Origin: Phoronis australis
Taxonomy: Eukaryota > Animalia > Phoronida
Length of the DNA stretch: 64,000 nt
Direction of reading: 5' to 3'
Assembly (NCBI GenBank): GCA_002633005.1
Contig: NMRA01000554.1
Coordinates: forward strand, 124,001-188,000
Made by a program: the position numbers and the translations under genes. Below the pieces are notes generated by a model, which was not told where the DNA came from, did no database searches, and was given only the letters and a program-made list of their open reading frames with translations. Positions 28,218-40,696 of the stretch are shown here, in pieces; the stretch's first letter is position 1, and every line of letters begins with the position of its first letter.

Positions 28218-30498
28218 TGACACTGTGAACGTGTTTCAGGTTTGTGGTAAACTTTCAAACAGCAGATACTAGCCAAAACTTGAAACATTTTACTAAGATA
28301 TTTTTGGTCATGTTAACAAGTTGTTGATAGGATGAACTAAATGTAACCTACTACATTTCATCCTATCTGCAAAAAGTCACATTTTAAACATGAAGCAGCT
28401 TGCAGTAGGAAATAAGTGTTCCAAGCAATTAGTGAATTCACAAAAATTGGCTATCAGAGGAATATGAACAATGGAATTGATTCAGATATTTATTTCTTGA
28501 GGAACCAAAAAGGTATATATTGATGGGTTGATCAAGGACACTTGAAAATTTATTTGGTGAAATGTAAATGTGCTTCTATTAGTAAGGTTGACGAGTACCT
28601 TCAGTGGGAGGTGTTTCTTCTCTTCAGATTCCTAAGTACAGCTTCTTAATGGTTTTGTTTATTATTTATGTTATGCGTAAGCTTTATTTGTAAAATCATA
28701 TCACTGAACTGTTTGTATATATTTGTTACGTGAGATACCAGTCTTCAATACGATAAGAATAAACTGCTTTAACAAACTTCTATGTTTTCTATTACGGTAT
28801 TTGCAGTGGTGAATGAACTTCAACTGTACAGCGATACATTTAATCTGAATCTATTTTCCTGAGTTAAGCTACGAACTTCACTGTTCTTCAACGCAATAAA
28901 TTGCGTTAAAAGTAGGCATAGCCTAAAACTCAGGGTTTGGAATGACTAATGACAAAAAGAGGAGAACAGGCCTGTGTGGTAGAAATATTTTTGTGTTGTA
29001 AGATTTAACTGATACGTTTTTCCATAAAGTCAAAACAATGATAAAAGAGTAGAAAAGGGAGGAAACTGGAAATCAACATAAGAGGAAATTGAAAGTGAAG
29101 AAGAGGAGATCATCCTAAAACAGAAAATTCCAAGCCCTTGCAATCCATCCAGATAACTTCCCACTGTCAAATTAGTCTGCGCTCGTTCCTTTTTTGATAC
29201 GAGATTTCTGGGTTTACAAAGAACTACCTAAAATCACACAACGTGACAAACTAATTTGGAGTCTGCACCTTATTCACACATTGTTTTTTAAACCTAAAAA
29301 GGGGCTCATTTTCAAAAGGACGACTGGGTTAATAAGATCTATAATGAACTGCCCTGAAAAAATCTGCAGTATGACTGACGAACATTTTGAGACCATCATT
29401 CGGTAAGTAGTCTCGATTAAAATTGCTTTGTTAGTAAGGTAGGTTTAGGCGCTTTAAGTTCTATTTCTCAGCCCAACCAACCATAAAATCTGTATGCTAT
29501 TCAAAACATTTTATTCCTAATCTGATAAAAGAAATAACTGTTCAATAGTGAAAACAAAAAATGCAACAAAGACCAGCATGTCTCACCAATAAAAAGTGGG
29601 AAAAACAACATTTTGACAACCAACCCATCTTAGAGGAGTGAGGGTAGGGTACAGGGATACTATCTTAATTAAAATATACTAAATACACAGTAAAAAGTAC
29701 TTGTGGCACAAAAACAGTGAGAAGCAAGCAAGGCTACCAATGTTCAGTGTATAATCTGCACTTAGTTCTATTTTCCTACTGGCTAATCTGTAAAAAGGAA
29801 CAGACCATATTTGGCAGTAAAGCAGCAACTAAAAGTTATTTAGCTAGAAATCTCAGTTTTGATGATCTGAAATAAATACAAGGAGGGACAAAATGAGCTG
29901 ACACATTTGTAGGATTAAATACTGAAGCCAAAAACAGTAAATAATGAAAAATGTATTATTTTCGAAATGTACATATAATGCCGTTTTGTTCTATTTCTTT
30001 TTCAGTCATCAAAATGAGCATTGGGCCTACATTGTTGAAAGGTCCATCAACAACAACAAATCCTGCAGAACGCTCTTTGTGTTACAATTATGGATTCTTT
30101 GTTCTTGATAAACATTTCCACAATGCAGAAACAAATTGGCATTACGTGTACATTTTGGAAATAAACTGATTCTTTTGTTCCTTACTCTAGCTGTTATTAA
30201 ACCTAAAAATGCAACAAATCACTTTGTTGCATTTTCAATTTCAAACTGTTATACAAATAATTCATCCTAAAGATGTTAGCAGTCAATAATTTGAAGTCAG
30301 AGCTTAAGTTCCAATAAAGCTTGCCTCAGAAACCCTGATGCAATGGCAGGAAAACTGTTTACAGGCCATCACAAGGCTGAGTTCCTGAAGGTTGATTTTG
30401 GTGCACGGTTTAACTGAAGCAGGAGTACACAGAATAAATAAGGAATACATCCAGCTCTAAATATGTAAAGACAACAAGTGCATGCAATGCACAGGTGA

Positions 30499-33400
30499 TT
30501 ACTTCTTCTTACATTTAGCCAATGACTTGACCACCATACGTTTGGCCTGGTGATAGTCAACCTCTTGCTCAACATTCAAGTAATCAGTCGCAGTTGCTGA
30601 TGGGGGTGGAGGTGCACTCCCCATTCTACAAGACGCTGCTCCATACATTGACGCTGAATCACGACTACCACCACGCCTACCACTACCACTACCACCAAAA
30701 CCGAAAGGAATGCAGTCTGCTACAACAGAGTCCACTTGGTAAACGGGTGCTGCCGGTTTGAACTGTTGGCGAAGTTCTCCAAGGTTATTCGCTTTGGATA
30801 GGGTGACGGCTTTCTTGCTCGCTGGTGCCAAGGCTCCAGCCGATGACTGTAGAGACTTGGATTTTGCTCCTAGGAGAAATGAAATAAAAAAGATGCATGG
30901 CTGTCTTGTCCTGCCCATTTATGAGTATTGAGACCAATATGATATGCACCACACGTATCCAGATGCATCAGATAACAGAGCCACCTCCCAAAGCTTCTGA
31001 AGTAGGTACTGTAGAAATTGGCTTAGTTAAACAAAGTTGAGGCTCAAAATATCCGAAGGGAACACAATGAAAAGTCAAAAATATTTCAAATTTTATTGAA
31101 GCTGAAAAGCCAATGCAGGCACTGACTTAAAACCAGAAACTGCAAAAAAAAATTATTGTTTTGCTTGATCGTTCACAAAATTCTAGAAAATCTACAATTT
31201 TGCCGACGTTTTATCTCTGGAGATTAATTCCTCCAATAGTAAGTAGCCTACGATGATCGGATTGCAATCACTTCCTGTTGTTGTCCACATTTGTGGACAG
31301 CTGATGAAGATATACTGTCTCCAAATATTATTACTAAATAATGGTGTACTAAAGACAGTGATACACCAAGCTGTATATTTTTTCTTTGTACATTCAATGT
31401 TGTCAGCAGTTCAAATACAACAACAGGTATCAAATTATTTTGAGATCTTGCCATACATTTTGTAACCACTGACCTCGTACACTGTGGAGAATGTCCATAA
31501 TTTCTCAAAATATTGTCTGGTGGTAGCTATTTTATGGAGTATCAAAATTTATAACATTTATTTGATGTTGTGAATGAAGTCAAAAAATTTTCCTTTTTCC
31601 ATTATTTTTGTCCCAAATTCGTGACATTTTACTGTATCAATACCAAATAAATTCCTCATTGCACAAGCAGTTGAATTAATACATTGTCAGGCCATATGCT
31701 GCCTAGATCACATCATTAAATAGGAAATACTTGTCTGCTTGACAACAAAATTGATCGGAGAATCAGAAAAAAGAATGAGCCCATTATTGATCAGACCAAC
31801 AAGGTCATGAACAGAGACAAGGCAGGAAGTTGTTCAAAGTCTGAATAGCCCAACCTGTGCTCATCCTAGTAAGAATTATGCAACAATTCAAAACATTTAT
31901 ATGAATTCCAAATCCTATGAATTTATTCGGTGATAGTACTAAAGGTGTTTATTAGCTCTGAATTACGTTAATTGCATTACCTTTTTTCTTGAGTTTAGAG
32001 AAAACTTTAGCAGATATCTCATCCTCATTCACAACACCATCTGTAGCTAACATGAACTCGCTGTCTACTTCTTGTTGAACTTCGTCCATCAAAGCCGCAA
32101 GCGAAAGTTCTTCTTGAGCGCCACCTATTATCACCTGAGAAAAAAATGTGCACCTTCTCACCAAAGGCAGATTCATCCACTAAAAACGCAAGGCGAAGTA
32201 ATGTATCTTTTGAAGAACTGGAAATTTTTGTTTGGTTGATCATCAAAACTTCAAGCTCGTAATCTGATTAATAAAATTGAGCACAAAACTGAATATGGAA
32301 TAGCATCAAAATATATCATTTTGTTTTATTTATAATTACAATGGTTACGGTACAGAATGCCAGGTGAATGTCATGGTCCATGTAGCATTCAAGTAGTACT
32401 TTTATTCTGCTTCATTTAGTTTACAGCTGTAATGAAATGCCTGGTAAATGTTATGGTAAATGTTCAAAAATTTAAGGTATCAAAAAGCTTATCAATGCAC
32501 TAAACAGCTAAATGCTCAAAGCAATGCTACCACAACTCCCACTGACTTTGAGGCTAATCATAAACTAGTAACTCCACATTGTGTCACTCACGGAATCCGC
32601 TTACTTGCATTAGAATGGCCACCAGACTGCTTTGTACTCGTGCACCATGACCTGCCTATGTATAAACATTCAACAGGTCTTCAGCAATTTTGATTTGTCT
32701 GGTACTCCCAAGTCCAGAAATTAAAATATATCTTACAGTTTGGGCCCATGCTATCATCATGGTAAATGGTCTATACCAAATGTTTTGACACCGAAAATAG
32801 CAAAAAGTTGGGTATTTATGACTTAACTAAAGTATGATTGTTAACACATGATCTTGCTTTTCCTGTAGTCATTGCTGCAGCTGCACAATTACTGTAGTTT
32901 TCAACAAACTGGGCGTCTGTGGGATAACATCCAACAATAAAACATTAGACGTGTCACCACACGTATTTCCACCCTTCCTCATGGTCCATCACCTTGCTCA
33001 GAAGACTGGCTGAAGTAAGGGGAACATACTGTCCACCCGTGCTGTAGGCGAACGAAACAAATACGTCTTTGTAGGGTACGATGCTTGGCTCACATCCCAC
33101 CACGTACAGAGTAATACCTTCGGCTGCCATGTCATTAACTAGAGCAACAGGGTCCAGCAACTCCGGGCATCCTGTATAAGAAATTGTATTTATGTACGAG
33201 GGCAATTCCAGTGAAAAGGTCAACCAAGAGATAAAAAATTAAAATTGTGGCTAGATTAACATTTCTGGTGTCATCTGAAACTCGGGGATTTTATTTGAAT
33301 TTCCTATAGCTTTAGATTTTTTCCCAAACAGACCCATTTTTGGAGGTCACTTGACCCTAAAAAGTTACCCCATTTTTTAGTTCAATCACATGAAGCGTAA

Positions 33401-36400
33401 AGTTCCTAAAAAATATCATTTGACCACTAACGCATCATCAACCTCTTGGGGTCAAAGCCGGGTCAACTCCTGGATATCGTGGTGCCATACGTCCGTCACA
33501 AAAAAGTTCTAAAAAGTTTTGTCACCTCAAAAGTTTTCAATAAGAATTAAAATTATTCAAGGTTCTCTTTTAACTTGTTTCTCAATGTTATTGACCAAAA
33601 TTTTAGATCCCTGGGATAATTCATTACGTCAGAAATCGCGTGACAGACATACAGAAAATTTGTACATCCGTCATGTATGTACGTCACACCCATGAAATTA
33701 CCGATTTTTTTAGCCAATAAAAATAAACTTAGATCTTATTTTTACTTTCCAAACTTGCAGGAGATGGAATTTATCTCACACCTAATAACTTAAAAAGATT
33801 AAGTATTACAAAGACAGCCATAAAATCAAGTACAGAAATTGCCCTGGTTTGGAACTAGATGCATTGGACATTTTCACTTTCAAAGTACTTGCTGAGAAGT
33901 TTTCTTCACGGTGTCAACATGTTATTCTTAGGAGAATTCAACATGTTAAAATTTGACAGTTGGACCATATCATAGAATGTAAATAAAACAAAATCGTAAT
34001 TTAATGAACTATTGTTTTTGTGTTAGTGCCCCATATTTGTAAAAGTTTTGGGAAAACCGTTTTCAGCAGTGACTGCTGAAGCAAAAAGTATCATATAAAA
34101 GAATTCCATGGGTGCTCTGGAGTTTAAATAATAAGAGACCCAAAGGAAGTCCATGTCAAGTTGCTGTGCTGCTGGAATCATCCTGTTATTTTTGCTCTGA
34201 TTCACTGTGCTGTTTTTAGTTGAAAAAGCCGATGCTAGGCATTTATAAGAAGTGGCAGCCTGTGACCTACTTTATTAAGTAAGCACTTTTTGTCACACCG
34301 TGACTGTAGTAGCTCTTGTGTTTTTCATTGTCTTGAGGGGCCTGAAGGAAACAGCTTCATACCAAATGATTAAGTCATCTCATTTTGCAAATTTTTGGCA
34401 AAACAAGAACCTTGATCTTGCAATCTTTTTAAGAAATATCAAGTCTTTTTCTGCTGAGCTTCGAGTAGAAAAAAGTGGGAATTGTCGATGACCGGAAGCA
34501 ACTGGGAGAGGAACAAACATTTGTTGGAAAGTTCTCTGAAACTCAATAAAATGCCATCATGGATCAAGAAATTTATAATTGCATATGCGTAAACCGTAAT
34601 GCGACCTTAGTTTAATGCCTGTTTCAAAATTGAAAGGAAGACAGTATTGGATTAAAAAGCAAGTGAAACACTAATCAAGCTTATCACTAAGGACCAGCAT
34701 TTGACAATTTTATTAGCTCCTCATATTATTAAACCCTGATCCTAAATTTAATGTAATCTAATGTCTGCAATACAGCATCAATGTTTTTAATCAAAATTCA
34801 AATTCCACACTGCAATGCTGTGAACTAAACCGTGCTGAACCGATTGCTTGCTTCTTAGTTTGCTTAAGAAGATACTGAAGTCCTGTTACTAATACTTTTA
34901 AAACAGCACCTTTATTATTAACATGGGCATGCACCAAAACTATCAGCAACATGGCCCAGCCAAGTCTATACAAGCTTAGAGCAAGTCCTAATATACTATT
35001 TTTAAAAAAATATTAAAATGCATATTGTTTCAAGATCTTGGCCACAACAAACAATTTTTAAAATATATCAAAATACTAGAAATTCAGAGTGTATGTCCGT
35101 CACACTAACTCACCTTACATAGAGTTGTGTAACAAAAATGTCTTAGAAGATATCATCAAAAATAGTATGTTGTACTCTACAAATATTCCACTAAATCATC
35201 ATATAAAAGATAAATTGTTATTGTATGCAACTCACTGAAAATTAATGTTAAAAATGTTTTTTCAAAAATTCAAACTCTTTGCATACATCTGTGACACCGA
35301 CTGAAAGGCAACTTCCTCAGTCACATAAAAAGATAGGGGAAAAGTTTATACATGCTTTGAAAGCTATAAGTGAGACCTAACAAATGCTGCATTAATTCTT
35401 TTCTAGGATGAAAACTTTTTTCACAATTGGTCAAAATGTTCTCTGATTGTATGTCCGGAATTGCCCATGATCTTTACTTCTCTCTTAATCATTCTTCTTT
35501 TTTATCAATCATAACAAATTCTGAATCCAAGAAGGTGGACTAAAAAAATCCCACGGTGTCAAGTTTCAATGAAATCTGTCAATTGCATTTTTAGGTATCA
35601 GCTGAAAACACTCTTCCCCCAAACAACACTTCAAAAGCCGACGTTGAAAACAAAATGGCTACTGGGAGATGGTACAGTAGTCGAATCTACCCAAAACTTT
35701 AATCACGCCCGCGCATTGGTACCACATACCTTTGTGTCAAGTTTCATTGAAATCTATCAACCTGTTTTCTAGATATCATCTGGGAACACTCTTCCCCAGA
35801 AAAAGTCGTGCCCCTCTAACCGCAGAGAGCACAGCAGATTGAAAAGTGGCATGAGCCGTTATAGAGTTGTCCCACACCCTTGCGCCAAATTTGATCAAAA
35901 TCCAACCAGGTGTTTTTGAGATACTGAGTGGAAACCTGGACAACCGGATGCCTGGACAAACTGAAGACAATATGTGACATATAAATGTGGGCATATATAA
36001 ATGAGACCTGGTTTCCTAGAATTGCCATTTAAGAGTATAACTGAAAAACGAAGTCCTCAAATATTTAGGCTTTTCAGAAATTCTTGTTAAATGCACAAAA
36101 TGACCTCTTTAAAAATGAGAGTTTAAACTTATGTGACAATAAACTGTTGTTGGACATTTTAAGGCTTGAATTAAAGTTTTCCAATCATCTAGGTTTCAGA
36201 AAATACTATGGGTTGAAAAACATGATAAGTGTAAATGGACTTCACGAAGGCCGGCAATTGCCTTAAAAATTATTTGATGAAAGTGAAGTTCTTTTAAAAT
36301 TACCTCAGGTAGAGTGGGCATTCACACATACTGACCGTTAGGAAAGCCGTCCCCAGAGCAGTTCACGCCATGCGGAGGGGCATCAGCCACCAGAACACAG

Positions 36401-38836
36401 ATCTTCGTTGAGTTTTGTCTCCAAGACAACTTGAGGACTTGATGGAAAGCATCTGCAATAGCTTCAGGGGTATCGCCACCTATCAACACAAGCAGAAACT
36501 ACTCTGTCAAATAATGCACATCATAAATAATCATTTTGTAAAAGAGGTTTTAAGTAATTGTTTTGACGTACCATAGTGTGATTAACCAAACCGGGTCGCT
36601 TTCCATAATGTAAAACACTCTCAAGAGGCTGCAACAAGAAATCTTAGCCTCTTTAATGAAAATAGTGTGTTCACTTAAAACCTAATTTATCTCCCAAAAA
36701 TCAAACGTTCTTGCCGTACTGACCAATCATTTCAGTGGCAGTCATTTTGCTAGTCCGCGCAAGAAAAGTTGTAAAACATCACAAAACACTACTCTACAGT
36801 TACGTGATTTTGTGTGATCTCGCTAAACGCGCACAGACAACAGCTTACAGAACACATCCTCGCTCAGCTTTGATTATTACGTATGCAAATGAGTTGAAAG
36901 ATAATCAGAACTATGAATTTTTGTTATACTGCATACAATCATAGACACTAGCATAAATGATATGCAGCTTCCTGATACATTACATACTCGCACCTGAAGC
37001 CACATTTTATTCTAGTTTAACTGAAGGGCCGGATCCAGGATTTTATAAAAGGGAGGTCGGATCACGGATTCTTTGAAAGGAGGGGTCCAAGTCAACAATT
37101 TGAAAATTCTAGATTTGATATCATTAACAAATTAAAAAATAAAAGGAGGGTACGGACCCCCTTGACCTACCCTGGAACCGCCTATATGTACACATATGTT
37201 TTGGATGTAAACGCATCCACATTCAGAACTTAAATGGGTACAATCAAATATTTGGCACTACGTCTCAACTGGCAACTATGAATGCTTCTTATCCGATGAG
37301 AATACTTTAGCCATTTCCTATAGCACAGGACTTTTATGTGGCATTTCTTTTGTTTGAGATAAGGAAACCGAGATAGGTGTCGGTCATAACAGCTGCCTAC
37401 CCATATTTTTGCTGCCCATTTTAGACACCGCAGAGTACAAAAACTAAATCTGCCATTAAAAATCAAATTTTTTATTGCTTGAACAGCAAAAATCGGTCGA
37501 GTACAACAGAAGAAAAGAGAAACACAGCACATTGCAACTGGTGTTTCTTTGATGATGGTCCCAATCTGTATTGTGCAACTGACCTGAGCAACACAACTGG
37601 GCCTCGACTCGCATACACCACTGCTAATCAGAGTGATTTCAGTACTTATCTTTCTTACGATTGTTATACCTATAACTGTTTGATTTAATTGTACTTGTCA
37701 CTACAATAAATAAATACTAATACTAAATACTAATACTACAACATAATCCATGTGGTAGAAATGCAAAGGTAAGCATTGTTAATAAGCTATCATCATCAAT
37801 GGTACAACCTCCAGCAGCTGAGCTGTTGTCCAAAGCCTTCTTCATTTTCCCAATAGATGGAGTGAAGTCCTGAACACGCGTGACGAAGGTCGAATCTTGC
37901 GGAGGGTGATCCCGGTACTCCACTAACGCCATGTGCACATCGCATTTCTCAGAGGAAACAATCTCTTCAACAATTTTCCGAATGTTCTGAAATAACATGA
38001 TCTCATTAGGACAAACAATGAGGTTTGAGGCTTGTTTATCATTGTCTTTTAGGCTGGTTATAATTCAGAAATCTGACTATGAATATCCAAAAGTTGATTT
38101 TTTGTCTTAAGCATTTCTTAAAACATTAAATGTCCTCTGTCTAGTAGAGTAGGCTTCGGATTTCTGTCTTTGACTCTCAAGTTGTAGACAGATTTTCTGA
38201 CTCTCTTCTTTGGCCTGTCTTCATGAGACAGGTCAAGTCATCCATAGACTGAAAGTCAAAAGCCAATAACAATCCTTTGATAAAAAGCACTAGCCAGTTT
38301 GTTTCTTTCATCTCAAAAATAAAGACTCTGTGTGATAGTCACATGGTTACAGCCATTACAAGCTGACCCTGCAATTAATAACAACATATTGTGTTCAACA
38401 AAGGAGCCAGTCTGTTTTCAACTGTCACATCGAAATAATAAACTACACATGAGTCCAGTCTTCAGCAATGACCATGTGTCTCAGTTCTGAACCCTACTTC
38501 TCAATAACCTGAGTAATGCAAAAGTTTTGACCAATTTTTTAGCAGTAAGCTGTCACAAAAGTTTGCATATCTGATACTGAAAATTGCCAAGGACAAATGG
38601 AATGACATAAGCATATCTATAGCTGGTCTATAAGCAGAGAATGGTAAAGAAACAAATAAATGCACCTGTTGTGCATGGTGAATGAACTTGCCCATACTGC
38701 CAGTGCAGTCCATGGCAAAGGCAAGATCAAGAACGCTGGAATCATGTGACTTCACTTTGGGTGGCATCTGTTCGTCTTCCACAGTGGGCTGAGACAAAAT
38801 ATTGCCTGTTTCAGTAGAATGTAGTTCACCACTCAT
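30499..38836 (-). CDS. von Willebrand factor A domain protein, vwkA (alpha-kinase VwkA)-like vWA family, without a kinase domain; 398 aa
   Basis: 6 coding exons on the - strand: 38836-38666, 37986-37809, 36479-36336, 33171-32993, 32134-31981, 30869-30499. Total 1197 nt, phases consistent, all GT-AG. vWA motifs: LDLAFAMDCTGSM (MIDAS DxTxS), VEYRDHPPQDSTFVT, AAGGGDTPEAIAD, LSWR, ICVLVADAPPHG, GITLYVVGCEP, TGGQYVPL. Gly/Ser/Pro-rich linker near the C-terminus. A splice acceptor at 38874-38873, 36 nt before the ATG, implies an upstream exon. Confidence 0.88.
33200..35466. mobile_element. 2.27-kb non-autonomous DNA transposon, Sola2-like (GGG...CCC termini, 4-bp target duplication)
   Basis: TIR GGGCAATTCC / GGAATTGCCC; flanks ACGA / ATGA, differing by a CpG-type transition. 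Repeated TACGTCCGTCAC / TATGTCCGTCAC-like motifs near both ends. No intact ORF. Confidence 0.55.
35530..36000 (-). mobile_element. HINE-like element of the same family, reverse orientation; 3' boundary uncertain
   Basis: The reverse complement starts TTATATATGCCCACATTTATATGTCACATATTGTC...GTTGTCCAGG...ATCTCAAAAAC, matching the copy at 47151. Confidence 0.6.
37024..37186. mobile_element. MITE (GGCGGATCC-type TIR)
   Basis: AGGGCCGGATCCAGG ... CCTGGAACCGCCTAT; no clear target duplication. Confidence 0.45.
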
Positions 38837-38874
38837 TGTTGGGTAAAAGAAATACCCAATAGCTTTAAACAGCT

Positions 38875-40696
38875 GAAACAACGAAACAAGCATATTTGAG
38901 AAAATGACTGTTGTCATTACAAAACACACACTAGGATAAGTACATCAGTCTCTCTTAAGACTATCATATGTGTGGTTAATGCTAAAAGGTGTTTACATTA
39001 CAGGTGGCCTGATGCCTTCTGCGGTGCATCAGGAGTGCTTAAACCACACAGTTGGGCCCATTGCACTAAGCACCTGATTAAGACTCAAGGGGGTTCCTCA
39101 GCATGAGGTTCCTTGTGAGTAAAATATTCTAATCTTCCATTTTTTCAGGAATTTAGAAACGCTGTGTACTTGCACGATCTGACGATGTTTACCAGGCAAG
39201 TGGTATGTGTGTCCATCTAGCTGAAGATTGCAAAAACCTTGATAAACACCACAGATTTTCACTTTATGTCAGGGAGTCTCAGCTTCCAAGATACACATAA
39301 GACAGTTTGACAGAACAGGTCACATCACTACCCCATCTTGCATGTTGAATGACTGAAGAGGTCTTATAATTTCACATGAAGTTTTTTAACTAATTCGCTT
39401 TAACTATCACAATTATGCTATACTCACTTTGTCGAAAGGACTGGAAATAATTCTACCTAATGAAGCACTTATCAAGAGACAAAGATTAGAATATATTTGG
39501 AATGGTCATGGACAGCACCCCATGCATAGGGGCAGGGGAGGGGGCAACTAGTATAGCCCCCAATATTTCAGTACTGTACTGCCCATGATGGTAAGATGAT
39601 GAACAATGATAAGCTGCAAATACAGCTTCACGACTATATTTCCAATAAGCATTTCCATCATAGCCACACAAGATAGGTACCCCTGTCTGACCTGTCTCAG
39701 CGTCAGCCTCCTCTCAGTGTAGCATCATGACTGCAAATGGGTGAGGTCTGAACCTCTACGTTTCCATTTGATGTCAAGCACATTGACTCTTACGGACTAA
39801 ATCTCCAATTTCATTGATGGAATGAAGGACTATGTGGAATAAAATGTTGATTGTGGGTCTGAGGAGTACTTGTTCAAGCTGGAAGGATTCAGACTCCAAC
39901 TCACCTTCAAACTCAAAGCCAAGGGGCCCATCTATCGAATGGTACACATTGTTGTAATAGACATCGGTCATCATTTAATTGCAAAAATGTAATAGTAATA
40001 ATGTGACTTTGATGGTTTAGCCAAGGTTAATTTAAGCAAAATTGTCAGAAAATCTCCCGGCATACAGGATAGGAAGTGACACCGACAGTACACTGTTCAC
40101 TCATAGGCACCTTTAAGTAGGCCTCTACAATATAATATTATATTATATTTTAGAGGGCTACTTAAAGGTGCCTGTGGTTCACTGAACTTACTGAAGTACT
40201 GTTCTGACCTGGGCCTGGAAATGCAGATGACAAGCAGATATTTGCCTTCTCACTTCAAACAGATTCTTGAGTGTTATACCAGCAAAGTCCTGTCGACCCT
40301 TTTGGACATGACGATGAAGTTAGATCTGTTACTGAACGCGGAAATTTCCCAAACCTATTTTTGGAACTGAGCAACATTATGACGAGGTAAAAATAAATCT
40401 CATTGATGAATGACAACAAACTGTCAAGCGACATCTGACGAGCTTGGTATTCTGTTCTCAGTGCCATCTGTTGTGGAATGTGTGAAAAGGCAATGAGCTA
40501 TCGTTGCGAAAAAATGTAAAACGCTATCATGAACAAAGACCATTACATAATGGACAAGCATGTCTTTGACTCAAATACATGCATGTATTGACCCAACAAG
40601 ACATGTGAGTGAGCACAATGAACAAGATATTTACTCCCAGCGCCACCTATACTACTACACATTCCCACAGGAGGAGCTGGGTTCGAGAGTGTCAAA
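38875..40696. promoter_or_regulatory. Probable bidirectional promoter and 5' UTR region between the vWA gene and VTA1
   Basis: The divergent start codons are 1861 bp apart, and the vWA gene needs an upstream exon in or near this interval. Confidence 0.5.
40102..40176. mobile_element. 75-bp fold-back micro-MITE with 7-bp target duplication
   Basis: CATAGGCACCTTTAAGTAGGCCTCTACAATATAATAT-T-ATATTATATTTTAGAGGGCTACTTAAAGGTGCCTGTG is a near-perfect palindrome. GTTCACT flanks both sides (40095-40101 and 40177-40183). Confidence 0.68.

Noticed and set aside
40255-40467. 70-aa minus-strand ORF between the vWA gene and VTA1
   Set aside because: No recognisable motif or supporting exon structure. More likely 5' UTR or promoter sequence; a uORF cannot be excluded.
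40651-40668. ACTACA-CATT-CCCA, similar to the ZNF143/THAP11 bidirectional-promoter motif ACTAYRnnnCCCR
   Set aside because: The spacer is 4 nt rather than 3, so the match is too weak to call.
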